Positions 50,349-60,612 of a stretch of DNA of 64,000 nt are shown one piece after another. A program made the position numbers and the translations under genes. The stretch is taken from the NCBI GenBank assembly GCA_965203485.1, contig OZ241892.1, positions 2,112,001 to 2,176,000 on the forward strand. Reading direction: 5' to 3'. This DNA comes from Longimicrobiales bacterium (GTDB lineage Bacteria > Gemmatimonadota > Gemmatimonadetes > Longimicrobiales > Gaopeijiaceae). The notes beneath the pieces are model-generated. The model worked only from the letters and a program-made list of their open reading frames with translations. It made no database searches and was not told the origin of the DNA. How positions within the stretch are numbered: the stretch's first letter is position 1; every line of letters begins with the position of its first letter.

Positions 50349-51227
50349 TCAGCAACCGCCCCGGTGAAGGCTGGCGACGATGCGGCTGCGCTCCCCGTCG
50401 ATCTCGACGACGCGGTACCCAGCGCCCTCGTAGCCCCGGTGGTCCACGACGCTCAGCACTGTCGATCCGAATCGAAACAGGCCCATCCACGAGAAGTCTT
50501 CGAGCTGGATGCCGCGACCCTCGTCCGTCCGGCTCTCGATCCCCAAGCGGGCCGCAATCTCGTCCAGCCCGGCAACGTCGCTTGCCTGCAACACCTCGTC
50601 GGGCCGCTGGTTGACGCTGACGCCTTCCATCAAGCCGCCGCCGGCCGTTTCCGCCGAGTGGTCGGCGGCGCGCGGGTCCCGGATGCGCAACTTCCAAGCC
50701 GTCTCGCAATACGCCGGAAGCAACGCCAGCCCCACGACAAGGACCGCAACGGGCTCGGCGGACCGAACAGCGCGGACAAGCCCGTGTTCCGGAAATGCCA
50801 GCGACGGCGAGACGGAGTAGTGCAACCAGCGGGAAGGCGCGGCGATTCGAGGGGACCCGGGATCGCTCAGGTCGAGCGGGAGGGCGGCCGCCGGCGCGTG
50901 GCGATCTACCAGACCGGCCGAATCGACGGCGATCTCGATCGGCGGATCGTACATCGCATCCGGCCAAGCATTGCTCCAAACGCCCCCGTCCCGTCGCGCA
51001 ATGGGCATCAGCAATGCGGTACCCTCCGGCCCCTCTCCCTCTCGGACAAGCTCGACCGCGCCCACCCACAGCACATCGTCGTCCGCGTCCGCCTCGCCGG
51101 CCGACGGCGTCTCGCAGGCAAGCTGGAAGACCGACAGCGCGAGCGTTCCCAAAAGCGCGACCCGGGGCCGGAACAGCGGCCGAGGCCGCATGGCGCGTCG
51201 ACGCCTTCTGTCGGGAGCGTGCGTCAT
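50349..51227 (-). CDS. Putative lipoprotein
   Basis: Basic N-terminus, hydrophobic core, QLAC lipobox-like site; start uncertain (51191-51269). Confidence 0.65.
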   Translation of the reverse strand: MTHAPDRRRRRAMRPRPLFRPRVALLGTLALSVFQLACETPSAGEADADDDVLWVGAVELVREGEGPEGTALLMPIARRDGGVWSNAWPDAMYDPPIEIAVDSAGLVDRHAPAAALPLDLSDPGSPRIAAPSRWLHYSVSPSLAFPEHGLVRAVRSAEPVAVLVVGLALLPAYCETAWKLRIRDPRAADHSAETAGGGLMEGVSVNQRPDEVLQASDVAGLDEIAARLGIESRTDEGRGIQLEDFSWMGLFRFGSTVLSVVDHRGYEGAGYRVVEIDGERSRIVASLHRGGC

Positions 51228-51370
51228 CGGCCGGTTCTCTCGCTTGCCGTGCCGGGCCAAAACGGGCATTGTTGCGACGGCGGCCCGGCCAGCCCGTCGC
51301 CGGAGACGCCCGCCGTCAAGCTAGACGCGGCCGATTCGTCCTGCAAACCAAGTCCCTGGAGAATGCCAGC

Positions 51371-52843
51371 ATGAACCCGTTCGCCTTCGCCCCGCGCCCC
51401 ATCGCCACCGCGTTCTTGGCCGCCGCCATGGCCGTGTTGCCGCCGCTCGGCGCCGCCCACGCCCAGAACGGCCACGACGCCGTGGTCGCGCACGTCGAGG
51501 CCGGGGCCGCTCAGTACGCCGGAATCGCCCAGCAGATATGGGACTTGGCGGAGGTCGGGTACCAGGAAGTCGAGAGCAGCGCGCTGTTGCGGGGCGCGCT
51601 TGCCGAGTCGGGCTTCTCGATCGAGGAGGGCGTGGCGGGCATGCCGACGGCGTTCGTGGCCAGCTGGGGCGATGGGTCGCCCGTGGTCGGCATCCTGGCC
51701 GAGTACGACGCGTTGCCGGGGATCACCCAGGACCGCGCGCCGGAGCGGTCGCCGCGGCCGGAGATGGGGGCGGGACACGCCTGCGGGCACCATTTGTTCG
51801 GGGCGGGATCGGTGGCCGCCGCGCTCGCGGTGAAGGCGTGGCTCGAGGAGTCGGGGACGCCGGGCACGGTGCGGCTGTACGGAACGCCGGCCGAGGAGGG
51901 CGGCGCAGGCAAGGTGTACATGGTCCGGGCGGGCCTCTTCGGCGACGTGGACGCCGTCCTTCACTGGCATCCCGGCAGCGCGAACAGCGCCAGTCCTTCG
52001 TCGTCGCTGGCCAACAAGTCGGCCAAGTTCCGGTTCTACGGCGTTTCTGCTCACGCGGCGGGCGCGCCCGAGCAGGGGCGGTCCTCGCTGGACGGCGTCG
52101 AGGCCATGAACCACATGGTCAACATGCTGCGCGAGCACGTCCCCCAGGAGACGCGCATTCACTACGTGATCACGGCGGGCGGCCATGCGCCGAACGTCAT
52201 CCCCGATTTCGCCGAGGCGTTTTACTACGTGCGCAACCCCGATCCCGAGATGGTCAAGTCGCTGTTCGAGCGGGTCGTCGCGGCGGCCGAGGGCGCGGCG
52301 ATGGGCACCGGCACGCGCATGGAATACGAAGTGATCCATGGCCTGTTCGCGATGCTCCCCAACGAGACGGTGCAACGCAGGGCGCAGGCGAATCTGGAGC
52401 GCGTGGGCGGCGTGACGTACGACGAGACGGAGCGCGCGTTCGCCGAAGCGATCCACAAGACGTTGCGGGAGGACGCGCCGCCCCTTGAAGCCGCGGCCAC
52501 TGTGCGGCCGTACATGCCCCGCCCCGGCGGCGGCTCCACCGACGTGGCCGACGTGAGCTGGGTGGTCCCCACCGCCGGCATGAGCGCCGCGACATGGGTG
52601 CCGGGGACGCCCGCCCACTCGTGGCAGGCCATCGCCGCCGGAGGCATGTCGATCGGCAACAAGGGCATGGTCGTCGCGGCCAAGACGTTGGCGATGACCG
52701 CCGTGGACTTGTTCACCGACCCGGCGCTGCTGGCGGCCGCCGCCGCAGAGCACATGGAGCGCGTGGGCCCCGACTTCGAATACGTCTCGCTGGTGGGCGA
52801 CCGAGACCCGCCGCTGGACTACCGGAAGCCGGCGAATCGGTGA
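51371..52843 (+). CDS. Secreted M20 amidohydrolase (AbgB-like)
   Basis: Signal peptide ending AHA-Q, EYDALPG, GHACGHH, PAEEGG, HWHP, GSTDV, HSWQ. Confidence 0.9.
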   Translation: MNPFAFAPRPIATAFLAAAMAVLPPLGAAHAQNGHDAVVAHVEAGAAQYAGIAQQIWDLAEVGYQEVESSALLRGALAESGFSIEEGVAGMPTAFVASWGDGSPVVGILAEYDALPGITQDRAPERSPRPEMGAGHACGHHLFGAGSVAAALAVKAWLEESGTPGTVRLYGTPAEEGGAGKVYMVRAGLFGDVDAVLHWHPGSANSASPSSSLANKSAKFRFYGVSAHAAGAPEQGRSSLDGVEAMNHMVNMLREHVPQETRIHYVITAGGHAPNVIPDFAEAFYYVRNPDPEMVKSLFERVVAAAEGAAMGTGTRMEYEVIHGLFAMLPNETVQRRAQANLERVGGVTYDETERAFAEAIHKTLREDAPPLEAAATVRPYMPRPGGGSTDVADVSWVVPTAGMSAATWVPGTPAHSWQAIAAGGMSIGNKGMVVAAKTLAMTAVDLFTDPALLAAAAAEHMERVGPDFEYVSLVGDRDPPLDYRKPANR

Positions 52844-52974
52844 CGGACTTCGCGGATTGGCTCCCTACTCAGGCGTAGCAAGATAAACAACCTCTTGCTC
52901 CGTCGGCTGGATCGACGGCGCGAAACGATGCCTGCTCCCGGGAAGTCCGTCGGCGTAGCCGTGGCTACTGTCGT

Positions 52975-55900
52975 CTAGCGCCGAACGGCTCGGTCGCCCC
53001 CGATCGTCGGTTCGTGCACGAGACGACGGCGCCAGTCCGCCACGGTTTCGCGATTCAGTCCGACGGCTTCCGCCGCGACATCGTCCAGCGTGGCACGAAC
53101 GGGGCACTCGTCCATGCGGGGCCATGGCTCGAGCGGCTGGTGGCGCAATTCCTCGTAGGCCCTCGCCAGGGGCCGCCAACTTGTGGCCTGGGACGGGTCC
53201 GGACAGGGGAGCGAGTTCAGCTTGTTGGGCATGAAGTCGGAATAGTCCAGCGTGCGTCCTCGGCGGTGCAGAAATCCCAAGAGGCCGGGCGTCGAGTTCA
53301 GCCAAGCGCACCAAGCTTGCAGAACAAGAAGGGAACTGTCGGTCAGTCCCGGTCTCGGACTTGCCGGGGTCCACGCACTGCCAACGGCAGGAGAATCCAA
53401 GAGCACGGCCGTCACGTGGCCAACGGTCATCCTCAGCTTGTTGCCGACCAAGAGCCGGCTGGCCTTTTTCCATGCCCTTTCGGCTTCGCGTTGCTTGTCC
53501 GGCTTGGCACCGGTCGTGAATTCGTGTACTGAACGCATCGTTCTGCGTTCCTTCGTCCGGTGCCGCCAGAGAACGCGATAAGGGCCGTCGGAGGGATCGC
53601 CGAGCGGGTTGCGCATGTCGGATCGCACGTGCGCGGGTCCCACTTCGGCCAACGCTCCCAACGGCCGCAGTCCCGGCAATGCCGACATGGAATGGGCCGC
53701 CTCCGCGAGCACGCCGTCCATCCACTGGGACGCGGACCAGTCTCCCGCCTCGACCCGCTCTCGTGGCCACCTGCAGCAGGCGCCCCACTTGGACGCCAGC
53801 CTCCCCGACCGTATCTGTTCCGCCACTTCCACAGCTTCGTCGGCGGTCTCAGGCATGCGGCAAAGCGCCGCGAAGAGCGTATCGCGACGTTCCTTCTTCG
53901 GTCGGCGCCGGCACACCAACAAGCATTCATGAATGCTCGTAGCAGCGGAAAAGCTGCCGACATGGGAAGTGACGACGATCGAGACCTCGAAGCGGTCCGC
54001 CAAGAAGCGTCTTTCGCGGGCGCCGGTGGAACTGACGCTTGCCGCGAACGGCAACACCTTCGCCAACACGCCGCGATCCCTGCGCAACAGCGAATCGGCT
54101 AGCGGCGTGAAGAACGTCCTCAGCGTCTTCCTCGTGATGGCGTTGGCGGCTTCAGGATCATGCTGTCTCATCGTCTCGAGAATCCAGTCCTCCCGAGACC
54201 GCATCTTCCTCTGGCCTTCGACGCCGAACTTGGCGCTACTGCCCGTGTTGATCGAAAACGGCGGATTCATCAAGACGACGTCCATGTCGCGCAAGTCGAG
54301 ATCGCGTCCGGCGGCAACCTGCTCCGCACCGACGAAGTCCGCAGTGAGGGTCGCCGTGCTGGAAGCTGCCAAGAGGTCCGGGCGACGACGTGCGATCAGG
54401 TCGGGAATCAACTCAAGCGACCCGGATCGTGCCGAATAATCCCCCCCCCCCCCCCCCCCCCCCCCGTTTTCGTCTGCGGGCCCATGTTCCATGGCATGAA
54501 GGTGCATGGCCTTGTAGTCGACGGTGGGCGCTCCGAGCGTCAAGTTGGACGCCGCCAGCTGCAGAGCGTGCCAGTTGATGTCCAGCCCTCGGATGGACGA
54601 TTCGACGAGATGCTTGTGAGCCTCGTCGACATTGTCCTCGGTCAAGGCACGGCCCTTGATCGCACGTTCCTTAATCGTCTTCAAGGCGGCCATCAGCAAC
54701 GTGCCCGTGCCGCAAGCCGGATCGATGATTCTCAGCCCCGTCACAGAATTGACGTCCGACCAGTCGGCAATGTCGTCGTCCACCGCCAGCCGCGCCAACA
54801 AGACGGCCGACACGTTGTGCGTGTAGTACGCGCCATCGCTTTGGGCCGACGGCAATATGCGGTGGTAGAGCGGCCCGGCGTGATCGTAGCCCATCTCGCT
54901 GAGGGAATCGGCCACGGTGTCGGCGCAGTCCGCCAAGACGCTCACCGCCTCGTTGGCGTTGGGACCGGTCCGCAAGCTGACGAGAACCGCCAAGGCGGGA
55001 GCGAAGATCGGCGCGTAGTCCCGCTTGAGGATCTCCTCCCACGAGGGGATCAAGCCGTCCGCGGGCGCCTTTCGGCGAACAATGGCGTCGAGCGGCTCAA
55101 CGTCCGATATCTCGATCGCGTCCAGCAGTCGCTTGTGCATCAGAAGTGCGTTGCACAGGATCAGCGAAGCGATCTTGTACAGGTTCTTCGGTTGGATTCC
55201 ATGAAGCTTCAACGCCTCCGCCAATGCTCCCTCGCATTCGTCGCGGGCCAGAATCCCAGCCGCCGCGTTCACTGCCATCTCGATCCAGTCTGCGGTCACG
55301 CGGCCCCGTTGTCGGCCGCTGAGGCCGAACGCCGCAGAGATCTTGGCGTACACCTGCGAATCGAAGAGGAGCAACGGAAGCTGATCGTTCAGCTCGTGTC
55401 CGTTCGTCTCCCCGTCTGCCGAATCGTCCCGGGGCAGGGGCACGCTTGGCGGGTCGACGACCCGAACGAAGTGCGCAACGTTGTCCGCAAGCCGCTCGTC
55501 GTGCGACTGAAGGGCGCGGAGCACGTCTCCCACGACCTTGAAGCCGTCGCGGTCTGCGGCCAAGGCGTCGACGATGCTCTCGCCTTCCTGCAAGGCTATG
55601 GGGAGGATGATGTAGCCGAACCGCTTGCCTCTGCTCTTCCTCATGACGCGGCCCACCGCCTGGACGATGTCGATGTGGCTCTTGCGAGCGTCCAGGAACA
55701 CGACCGAGTCGAGCTGGGGCACGTCCACGCCTTCGGCGAACAGCTTGGCGTTGCACACCATCCGGCATTCGTAGGGGCTCGCCCCGCCATCTCGAAGAGC
55801 GCGAAGCCCACGGTTCCGCTTGAGGGCGCTGTCGCTACCGTCCAGGTGCTCCGCCACGACGTGCATTGCCGCCTGCGCGTCCTGTCCTCGATCCATCCGG

Positions 55901-57456
55901 ATCCGTCTCGTGGTTCGCTTTCGCAACTCGGGGTCGTTGATGGTCTCGGCGTACCACTTGGACCGGGCAATGGTGTTGGCGAACGCCAAGCTCCGGCCGA
56001 GGGGGCCTCGAGGCGCATCTTCCATATCGCCCTGGATGTGGCCGTTGATGGCCAGCGACACTCCCAGCAACCGCGTGGCGTCGCTCGGCGTCACGACCTT
56101 GTGATTGGCCTCAACCAGCCTGGCCAGCGAGGCCGTTACCCATTCGCTTCGCACACCCAGCACGATCACCCGGTAGTCCGACAGCATCCCGGCCTCGACT
56201 GCCTCCTTGAACTTGAGGCGATACAGCTGGCGGCCGAAGACCTTCGGGTCGCTCATGTCGTACACCCGGAACCGGCTGGTGGCGCCCAGCGTACCCCGTG
56301 CCTGCCGCGTCTTGAGGCGCTTGACCGAGGCCGGACTGTAGATGCGGGGCGTCGCCGTCATGTACAGCCGCTTTCTGCACTTCAGGGCGTCAGCTCGGTG
56401 GAAGTCCTGGAACGCCTTGTCCTTGTCGCCCTCCACGCCTACCGTCCGATGCGCTTCGTCGGCGACCGCCAAGTCGAACACCAAGTCCGGGGAAGTCTGT
56501 TGGGCCGCAATCACCTTGTTCAGGGACTGGTACGTGCTGAACACGGCTCTCACGCCGCCTCCGCCACGCAAGTGCTCCGCGATTCTCTCCGGGCTGGTCG
56601 CCACGGGGCATACGAGGTCGTCCAGCCCCGCCCTGTCGCTCTCGCCGCCACCGCCGGCGCCGGCATCCGAGCACACCACCAACGAGCGCAACGGCCTTTC
56701 GGTATGGGTCAGCCACGCCTTGCGGGCCTGCGAAACCAGGGCGATCGACGGAGCGGCGAACAGGACCCGTCCCGCGTCGGGCACCAGGCGCTCGGCAACC
56801 TTGAGCGACACGAAGGTCTTTCCAGTGCCGCAGGCCATGATCAGCTTGCCCCGGTCGTGTCGCTGGGTCTCGAGGCCGTCCACGACGGCTTCGACGGCTT
56901 CGAGACGCTTTCCGTCCAAGAAGAAGGGGGCCGAGGGCTTCGCGACCTCCAGAACTTCCCGGTCCGCATAGTCCATGAAGTCGATCCGATGAACCGGGAT
57001 CAGGAGCTTGCCCGCCACGGCCTGCTCCGCTCCTCTGCCCCACTTACAGGTGACTACCAACCAGCGCTTGGCGAACGGTTCGCGCGCCGACTCCGCCAGG
57101 AAGCCGTCTATGTCCTTCCGAGAGATCCGCCGATGCTCGGCGTAGAACTTGCATTGAACGGCCACCCATTCGCCTCCGTGGAGCCTGGCCACCAAGTCGA
57201 TGCCCATGTCCCGCCCGTCAAGACCGGTGAGCTCCTCGCGTTCGGGCCAGTCGCGCCACGTCCAAATGTTCTGGACCTCGAAGGTCGGCTCCTGGGTCAG
57301 AAATTGTCTTGCCAGCGTCTCGAACCACTTGCCCTTCTTGGCTTCGTTGCCGCTGTCGGCCCGGATGCGAGCGAGCGCTTCGCCCAACGTCTCGCTGGGA
57401 CGCAGGTCGAGCCGGGCTTGGCTCGATTCGCACGGCCCGTTAGGGTTGGATGCCAT
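52975..57456 (-). CDS. Type ISP-like restriction-modification enzyme (Mrr-type nuclease, SF2 helicase, adenine MTase, TRD)
   Basis: GIDLVA..AVQCKFY; MACGTGKT, DEAHR, TATPR, EGVDVP.LD, QAVGRVMRK; GAYYT, DPACGTGT, MNPPF. Confidence 0.9.
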   Translation of the reverse strand: MASNPNGPCESSQARLDLRPSETLGEALARIRADSGNEAKKGKWFETLARQFLTQEPTFEVQNIWTWRDWPEREELTGLDGRDMGIDLVARLHGGEWVAVQCKFYAEHRRISRKDIDGFLAESAREPFAKRWLVVTCKWGRGAEQAVAGKLLIPVHRIDFMDYADREVLEVAKPSAPFFLDGKRLEAVEAVVDGLETQRHDRGKLIMACGTGKTFVSLKVAERLVPDAGRVLFAAPSIALVSQARKAWLTHTERPLRSLVVCSDAGAGGGGESDRAGLDDLVCPVATSPERIAEHLRGGGGVRAVFSTYQSLNKVIAAQQTSPDLVFDLAVADEAHRTVGVEGDKDKAFQDFHRADALKCRKRLYMTATPRIYSPASVKRLKTRQARGTLGATSRFRVYDMSDPKVFGRQLYRLKFKEAVEAGMLSDYRVIVLGVRSEWVTASLARLVEANHKVVTPSDATRLLGVSLAINGHIQGDMEDAPRGPLGRSLAFANTIARSKWYAETINDPELRKRTTRRIRMDRGQDAQAAMHVVAEHLDGSDSALKRNRGLRALRDGGASPYECRMVCNAKLFAEGVDVPQLDSVVFLDARKSHIDIVQAVGRVMRKSRGKRFGYIILPIALQEGESIVDALAADRDGFKVVGDVLRALQSHDERLADNVAHFVRVVDPPSVPLPRDDSADGETNGHELNDQLPLLLFDSQVYAKISAAFGLSGRQRGRVTADWIEMAVNAAAGILARDECEGALAEALKLHGIQPKNLYKIASLILCNALLMHKRLLDAIEISDVEPLDAIVRRKAPADGLIPSWEEILKRDYAPIFAPALAVLVSLRTGPNANEAVSVLADCADTVADSLSEMGYDHAGPLYHRILPSAQSDGAYYTHNVSAVLLARLAVDDDIADWSDVNSVTGLRIIDPACGTGTLLMAALKTIKERAIKGRALTEDNVDEAHKHLVESSIRGLDINWHALQLAASNLTLGAPTVDYKAMHLHAMEHGPADENGGGGGGGGDYSARSGSLELIPDLIARRRPDLLAASSTATLTADFVGAEQVAAGRDLDLRDMDVVLMNPPFSINTGSSAKFGVEGQRKMRSREDWILETMRQHDPEAANAITRKTLRTFFTPLADSLLRRDRGVLAKVLPFAASVSSTGARERRFLADRFEVSIVVTSHVGSFSAATSIHECLLVCRRRPKKERRDTLFAALCRMPETADEAVEVAEQIRSGRLASKWGACCRWPRERVEAGDWSASQWMDGVLAEAAHSMSALPGLRPLGALAEVGPAHVRSDMRNPLGDPSDGPYRVLWRHRTKERRTMRSVHEFTTGAKPDKQREAERAWKKASRLLVGNKLRMTVGHVTAVLLDSPAVGSAWTPASPRPGLTDSSLLVLQAWCAWLNSTPGLLGFLHRRGRTLDYSDFMPNKLNSLPCPDPSQATSWRPLARAYEELRHQPLEPWPRMDECPVRATLDDVAAEAVGLNRETVADWRRRLVHEPTIGGDRAVRR
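54441..54465 (-). repeat. G25 homopolymer (C25 on + strand) inside the MTase region
   Basis: 25 consecutive C; reads AAC-(GGG)8-GAT in frame, giving ENGGGGGGGGDY. Confidence 0.93.
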
Positions 57457-57739
57457 TGCCGTTGTTGAACGTCCCGCTCCTGCCGTCGCGGTCTTCGGTG
57501 CGCAACAAAGAATGCCCGAGAAACAACTCGGGATCAGCGCCGTCCGCGATCATGTCCATTGCTGCACGAAACGACACCGTGTAGACTCGGTAGCTGCCAT
57601 AGGGCAACTTGTCGAACCGGGTCACCGCGTCATCTGCGACCTGCGACGTCTTTCTGCGCGACACCTCGTCCAACGCCTCTTGGAGCGTGTCGTAGTACCG
57701 GTCTGGAAGCAACCGCGGCAGGATGTCGAAGCGGACCAT
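57440..57739 (-). CDS. Small hypothetical protein (99 aa) overlapping the start of the RM gene
   Basis: ATG 57739 with GAGGGAAG upstream; protein-like composition; 17-bp overlap with the RM gene. Confidence 0.55.
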   Translation of the reverse strand: MVRFDILPRLLPDRYYDTLQEALDEVSRRKTSQVADDAVTRFDKLPYGSYRVYTVSFRAAMDMIADGADPELFLGHSLLRTEDRDGRSGTFNNGNGIQP

Positions 57740-57832
57740 GCAACTTCCCTCGGAGCCCAGCCTAGCTAGCCCGCCCCAGCGCAACCCCGCGCCGACTCCG
57801 GCCTTACTGGTCACCTGTAGCCCAGATCGGCC

Positions 57833-60379
57833 CTACCCGCACTCCGAGAAGCCGCAGACGTAGCACTTCTTGCAACCCTCCTCGAAGGCCAGCTGGCTGG
57901 CGCCGCACGCGGGACAGGCGCCGAGCGCGGCGTCCGTGTGGTCCACGTAGCGGACAGGCCCGGCGGCGGGCGCGGCCCCGTCGGCCGTCGCGGCCTGCGC
58001 GCCTGCGGGAGCCGGCGAGACCGGCATCGGCAACTCGGACTGGACTCCCTCCTTCTCGGCCAGGTACTGCTCGATGGCCTGGGCCACGGCGTCCGGGGCG
58101 GAGAGCACCTTCTGGACGCCCACGCCCACGGCGCGGTCGCACGAGATGCCGCGGAGCTGGTCGCGCACCGCGGTGATGGGCACGCCCGAGCGAAGCGCGA
58201 GCGAAGCCAGCCGGCCGATCGCCTCGGAGTCGGCCATGGCCGCGCCGCCCGCCTTGCCGAGCGTGCAGAAGACCTCGAACGGCCGACCCGCGTCGTCTTC
58301 GTTGACGGTCACGTAGAGGTCGCCCAGCGGCGACTTCATCTTCACGGTGCGGCCCTTCAGGACGGCGGGGCGGAGGCGCTTGCGGCGCGGGGCGCCGGCC
58401 TGCTTGTCTCTTTCGTCCAGCGCGTTCTTGGCCTCCTCCAGCTCGCCTTCGAGTTCGTTGATGCGCGCCCGGGCGTCGGCAAGCTCCAGCCGGAGCGTCT
58501 CGGCGTCGCCCGGCTGCACGGCGTCCGCCGCGGCGCCTTGTCGGCCGGTCTTGCCGGTCGAGAGCACCTGCTGCGGCCTGGAGCCGTCGCGGTAGACGGT
58601 CACGCCCTTGCAACCCGATTCGAACGCCAGCTCGTATATCCGCCTCACGTCCTCGCGCGATGCGTCGCGGGCGAAGTTGGTGGTCTTGGAGATCGCCGAG
58701 TCCACGTGCTCCTGGAAAGCGGCCTGCACGCGCACGTGCCATTCCGGCGAGATGTCGTGCGAGGTCCGGAACACGTCCTGCGCTTCGGCCGGAACCTCGT
58801 CGAAGTGGATGTGGCCTTCTTCGGCGATCCTCGCCATCAGACCCTCCGAGTGCCACCCTTCCGCCTTGGCGCGGGCCAGGAAGTCCAGGTTCACGTCCGG
58901 CATCTGCACGCCCGCCTGGTTCCTCATGAACGCCACGGCGAACAGGGGCTCGATGCCGCCGCTGCACCCCGCGATGATGGAGATGGTGCCGGTGGGAGCA
59001 ACCGTCGTGAGGTTGCAGTTGCGGAGCCGCCGGCACGGTCGGACGCGCTCTCCGCCGACGCCGCGCGCGCACTCGTCGTCCGGCCCCCATATGGATTCGC
59101 GCCACGCCGGGAAGGGCTCGCGCGTCTCGGCCAGCCGCTCCGACGCCTTGAGCGACTCCTCCTGCAGGAAGGCCATCACCGTGCGCGCCAAGCCGACGCC
59201 CGCCTCGGAGTCGTAGCGCACGCCGAGCCGCACGAGCAGGTCGGCCCAGCCCATGACGCCCAGCCCGACCCGGCGAATCTTGTGGGCCAGATCGTGGATG
59301 TCGTCCAGCGGATAGCGGTTGGCGTCGATCACGTTGTCCAGGAAGTGCACCGACAGGTGCGTGGCCCGGCGGAGCTCGTCCCAGTCGATGCCGTCGACCG
59401 GATCGTCGAAGCTGCCCGGCTTGGCGAACGCGCCCACGTTGACGCTGGCGAGGTTGCAGACGTCGTAGGCGAGCAGCGGCTGCTCCCCGCAGGGGTTGGT
59501 GGCCTCGTAGGCGCCCAGCCGGGGCACCGGGTTGAACTCGTTGGCGCGGTCGACGAAGAAGACGCCGGGCTCGCCCGTCAGCCAAGCGCCGTCCACGATC
59601 ATGCCGAAGATCTCGCGGGCGTTCTCGCGGCCCACGACCTCTTGGTCGCGCGGGCTGACGAGATCGTACTCGGCGCCGTCCCGGACGGCCTGCATGAACG
59701 CATCGGTGACCGCGACCGAGATGTTGAAGTTCGTCACCTGGGACGTGTCGTTCTTGCAACGGACGAAGTCGCGGATGTCGGGGTGGTCCACCCTGAGGAT
59801 GCCCATGTTGGCGCCGCGCCGCGTGCCGCCCTGCTTGACGACCTCCGTGGAGGCGTCGTAGAGCTTCATGAACGAAACGGGCCCCGACGCCACGCCCATC
59901 GTCGAGCGCACAGGGTCGCCCTGGGGCCGCAGGCGGGAGAATGAAAAGCCGGTGCCGCCGCCCGACTGGTGCACGAGCGCCATGGCCCGGAGCGTGTCGT
60001 AGATGCCGCTCTGGTCGTTCGAGAGCGCGTCCTCCACCGGCAGCACGAAGCACGCGGAGAGCTGGGCCAGCGGCCGCCCGGCGTTCATCAGCGTGGGCGA
60101 GTTGGGCTCGAAGCGGCCCGTCGTCATGAGGTCGTAGAAGCTGCGGGCGAGTTCCTCGGCGGCCGCTTCCGACGCGCCGTACTTGCGGTCCTCGTCGGCG
60201 ATCACCCTCGCCACCCGCCAGAACATCGTCTCGGGTTCCTCGGTCGGCTCGCCCGACTCGTTCTTCTTCAGGTACCGGCGTGCCAGCACGACGCGGGCGT
60301 TGGGCGAGAGGTCGGCGGCCGGGAGGTCGTCGGGGACTTGGTCTGTGAAGATGGGGCGGGACGGGGACGTCGAGGGCAT
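57833..60379 (-). CDS. nrdJ: Class II (B12-dependent) ribonucleotide reductase
   Basis: PNSPTLMNAG, SACFVL, QGGTRRGANM, TNPCGEQPL, CNLAS, APTGTIS, VYRDGSR, TSCPD-like domain, terminal CPAC..CYVCGFSECG. Confidence 0.96.
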   Translation of the reverse strand: MPSTSPSRPIFTDQVPDDLPAADLSPNARVVLARRYLKKNESGEPTEEPETMFWRVARVIADEDRKYGASEAAAEELARSFYDLMTTGRFEPNSPTLMNAGRPLAQLSACFVLPVEDALSNDQSGIYDTLRAMALVHQSGGGTGFSFSRLRPQGDPVRSTMGVASGPVSFMKLYDASTEVVKQGGTRRGANMGILRVDHPDIRDFVRCKNDTSQVTNFNISVAVTDAFMQAVRDGAEYDLVSPRDQEVVGRENAREIFGMIVDGAWLTGEPGVFFVDRANEFNPVPRLGAYEATNPCGEQPLLAYDVCNLASVNVGAFAKPGSFDDPVDGIDWDELRRATHLSVHFLDNVIDANRYPLDDIHDLAHKIRRVGLGVMGWADLLVRLGVRYDSEAGVGLARTVMAFLQEESLKASERLAETREPFPAWRESIWGPDDECARGVGGERVRPCRRLRNCNLTTVAPTGTISIIAGCSGGIEPLFAVAFMRNQAGVQMPDVNLDFLARAKAEGWHSEGLMARIAEEGHIHFDEVPAEAQDVFRTSHDISPEWHVRVQAAFQEHVDSAISKTTNFARDASREDVRRIYELAFESGCKGVTVYRDGSRPQQVLSTGKTGRQGAAADAVQPGDAETLRLELADARARINELEGELEEAKNALDERDKQAGAPRRKRLRPAVLKGRTVKMKSPLGDLYVTVNEDDAGRPFEVFCTLGKAGGAAMADSEAIGRLASLALRSGVPITAVRDQLRGISCDRAVGVGVQKVLSAPDAVAQAIEQYLAEKEGVQSELPMPVSPAPAGAQAATADGAAPAAGPVRYVDHTDAALGACPACGASQLAFEEGCKKCYVCGFSECG

Positions 60380-60612
60380 GCCGGGCCTTGTGCGAGTATG
60401 CGGGGTATTTGCGTTTGGCGGGCGACGGAGAAGCGCGCCGCAAGGGCGGAGGAGGGAGACCTACGGCGGGCGGACGGGAAGCGGCGGGCGGCGGCGCTTG
60501 GCGGCATTCATGGGAGGATGCCCAATATGTTGTGCCTTTCGTTCGCCATCGCCACTACAGATTGGTGAAGGTAACCAATTCGGCGACGAAGCGCCACGGA
60601 GCAGCTGTCCCG

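Noticed and set aside
51371..52843. M20 amidohydrolase as the missing LysK
   Set aside because: Has a signal peptide and AbgB-type motifs, and lies 36 kb from the lysW operon.
57833..58560. Coiled-coil, TSCPD-like and zinc-ribbon tail of NrdJ as a novel fusion
   Set aside because: C-terminal extensions of this kind are common in class II reductases.
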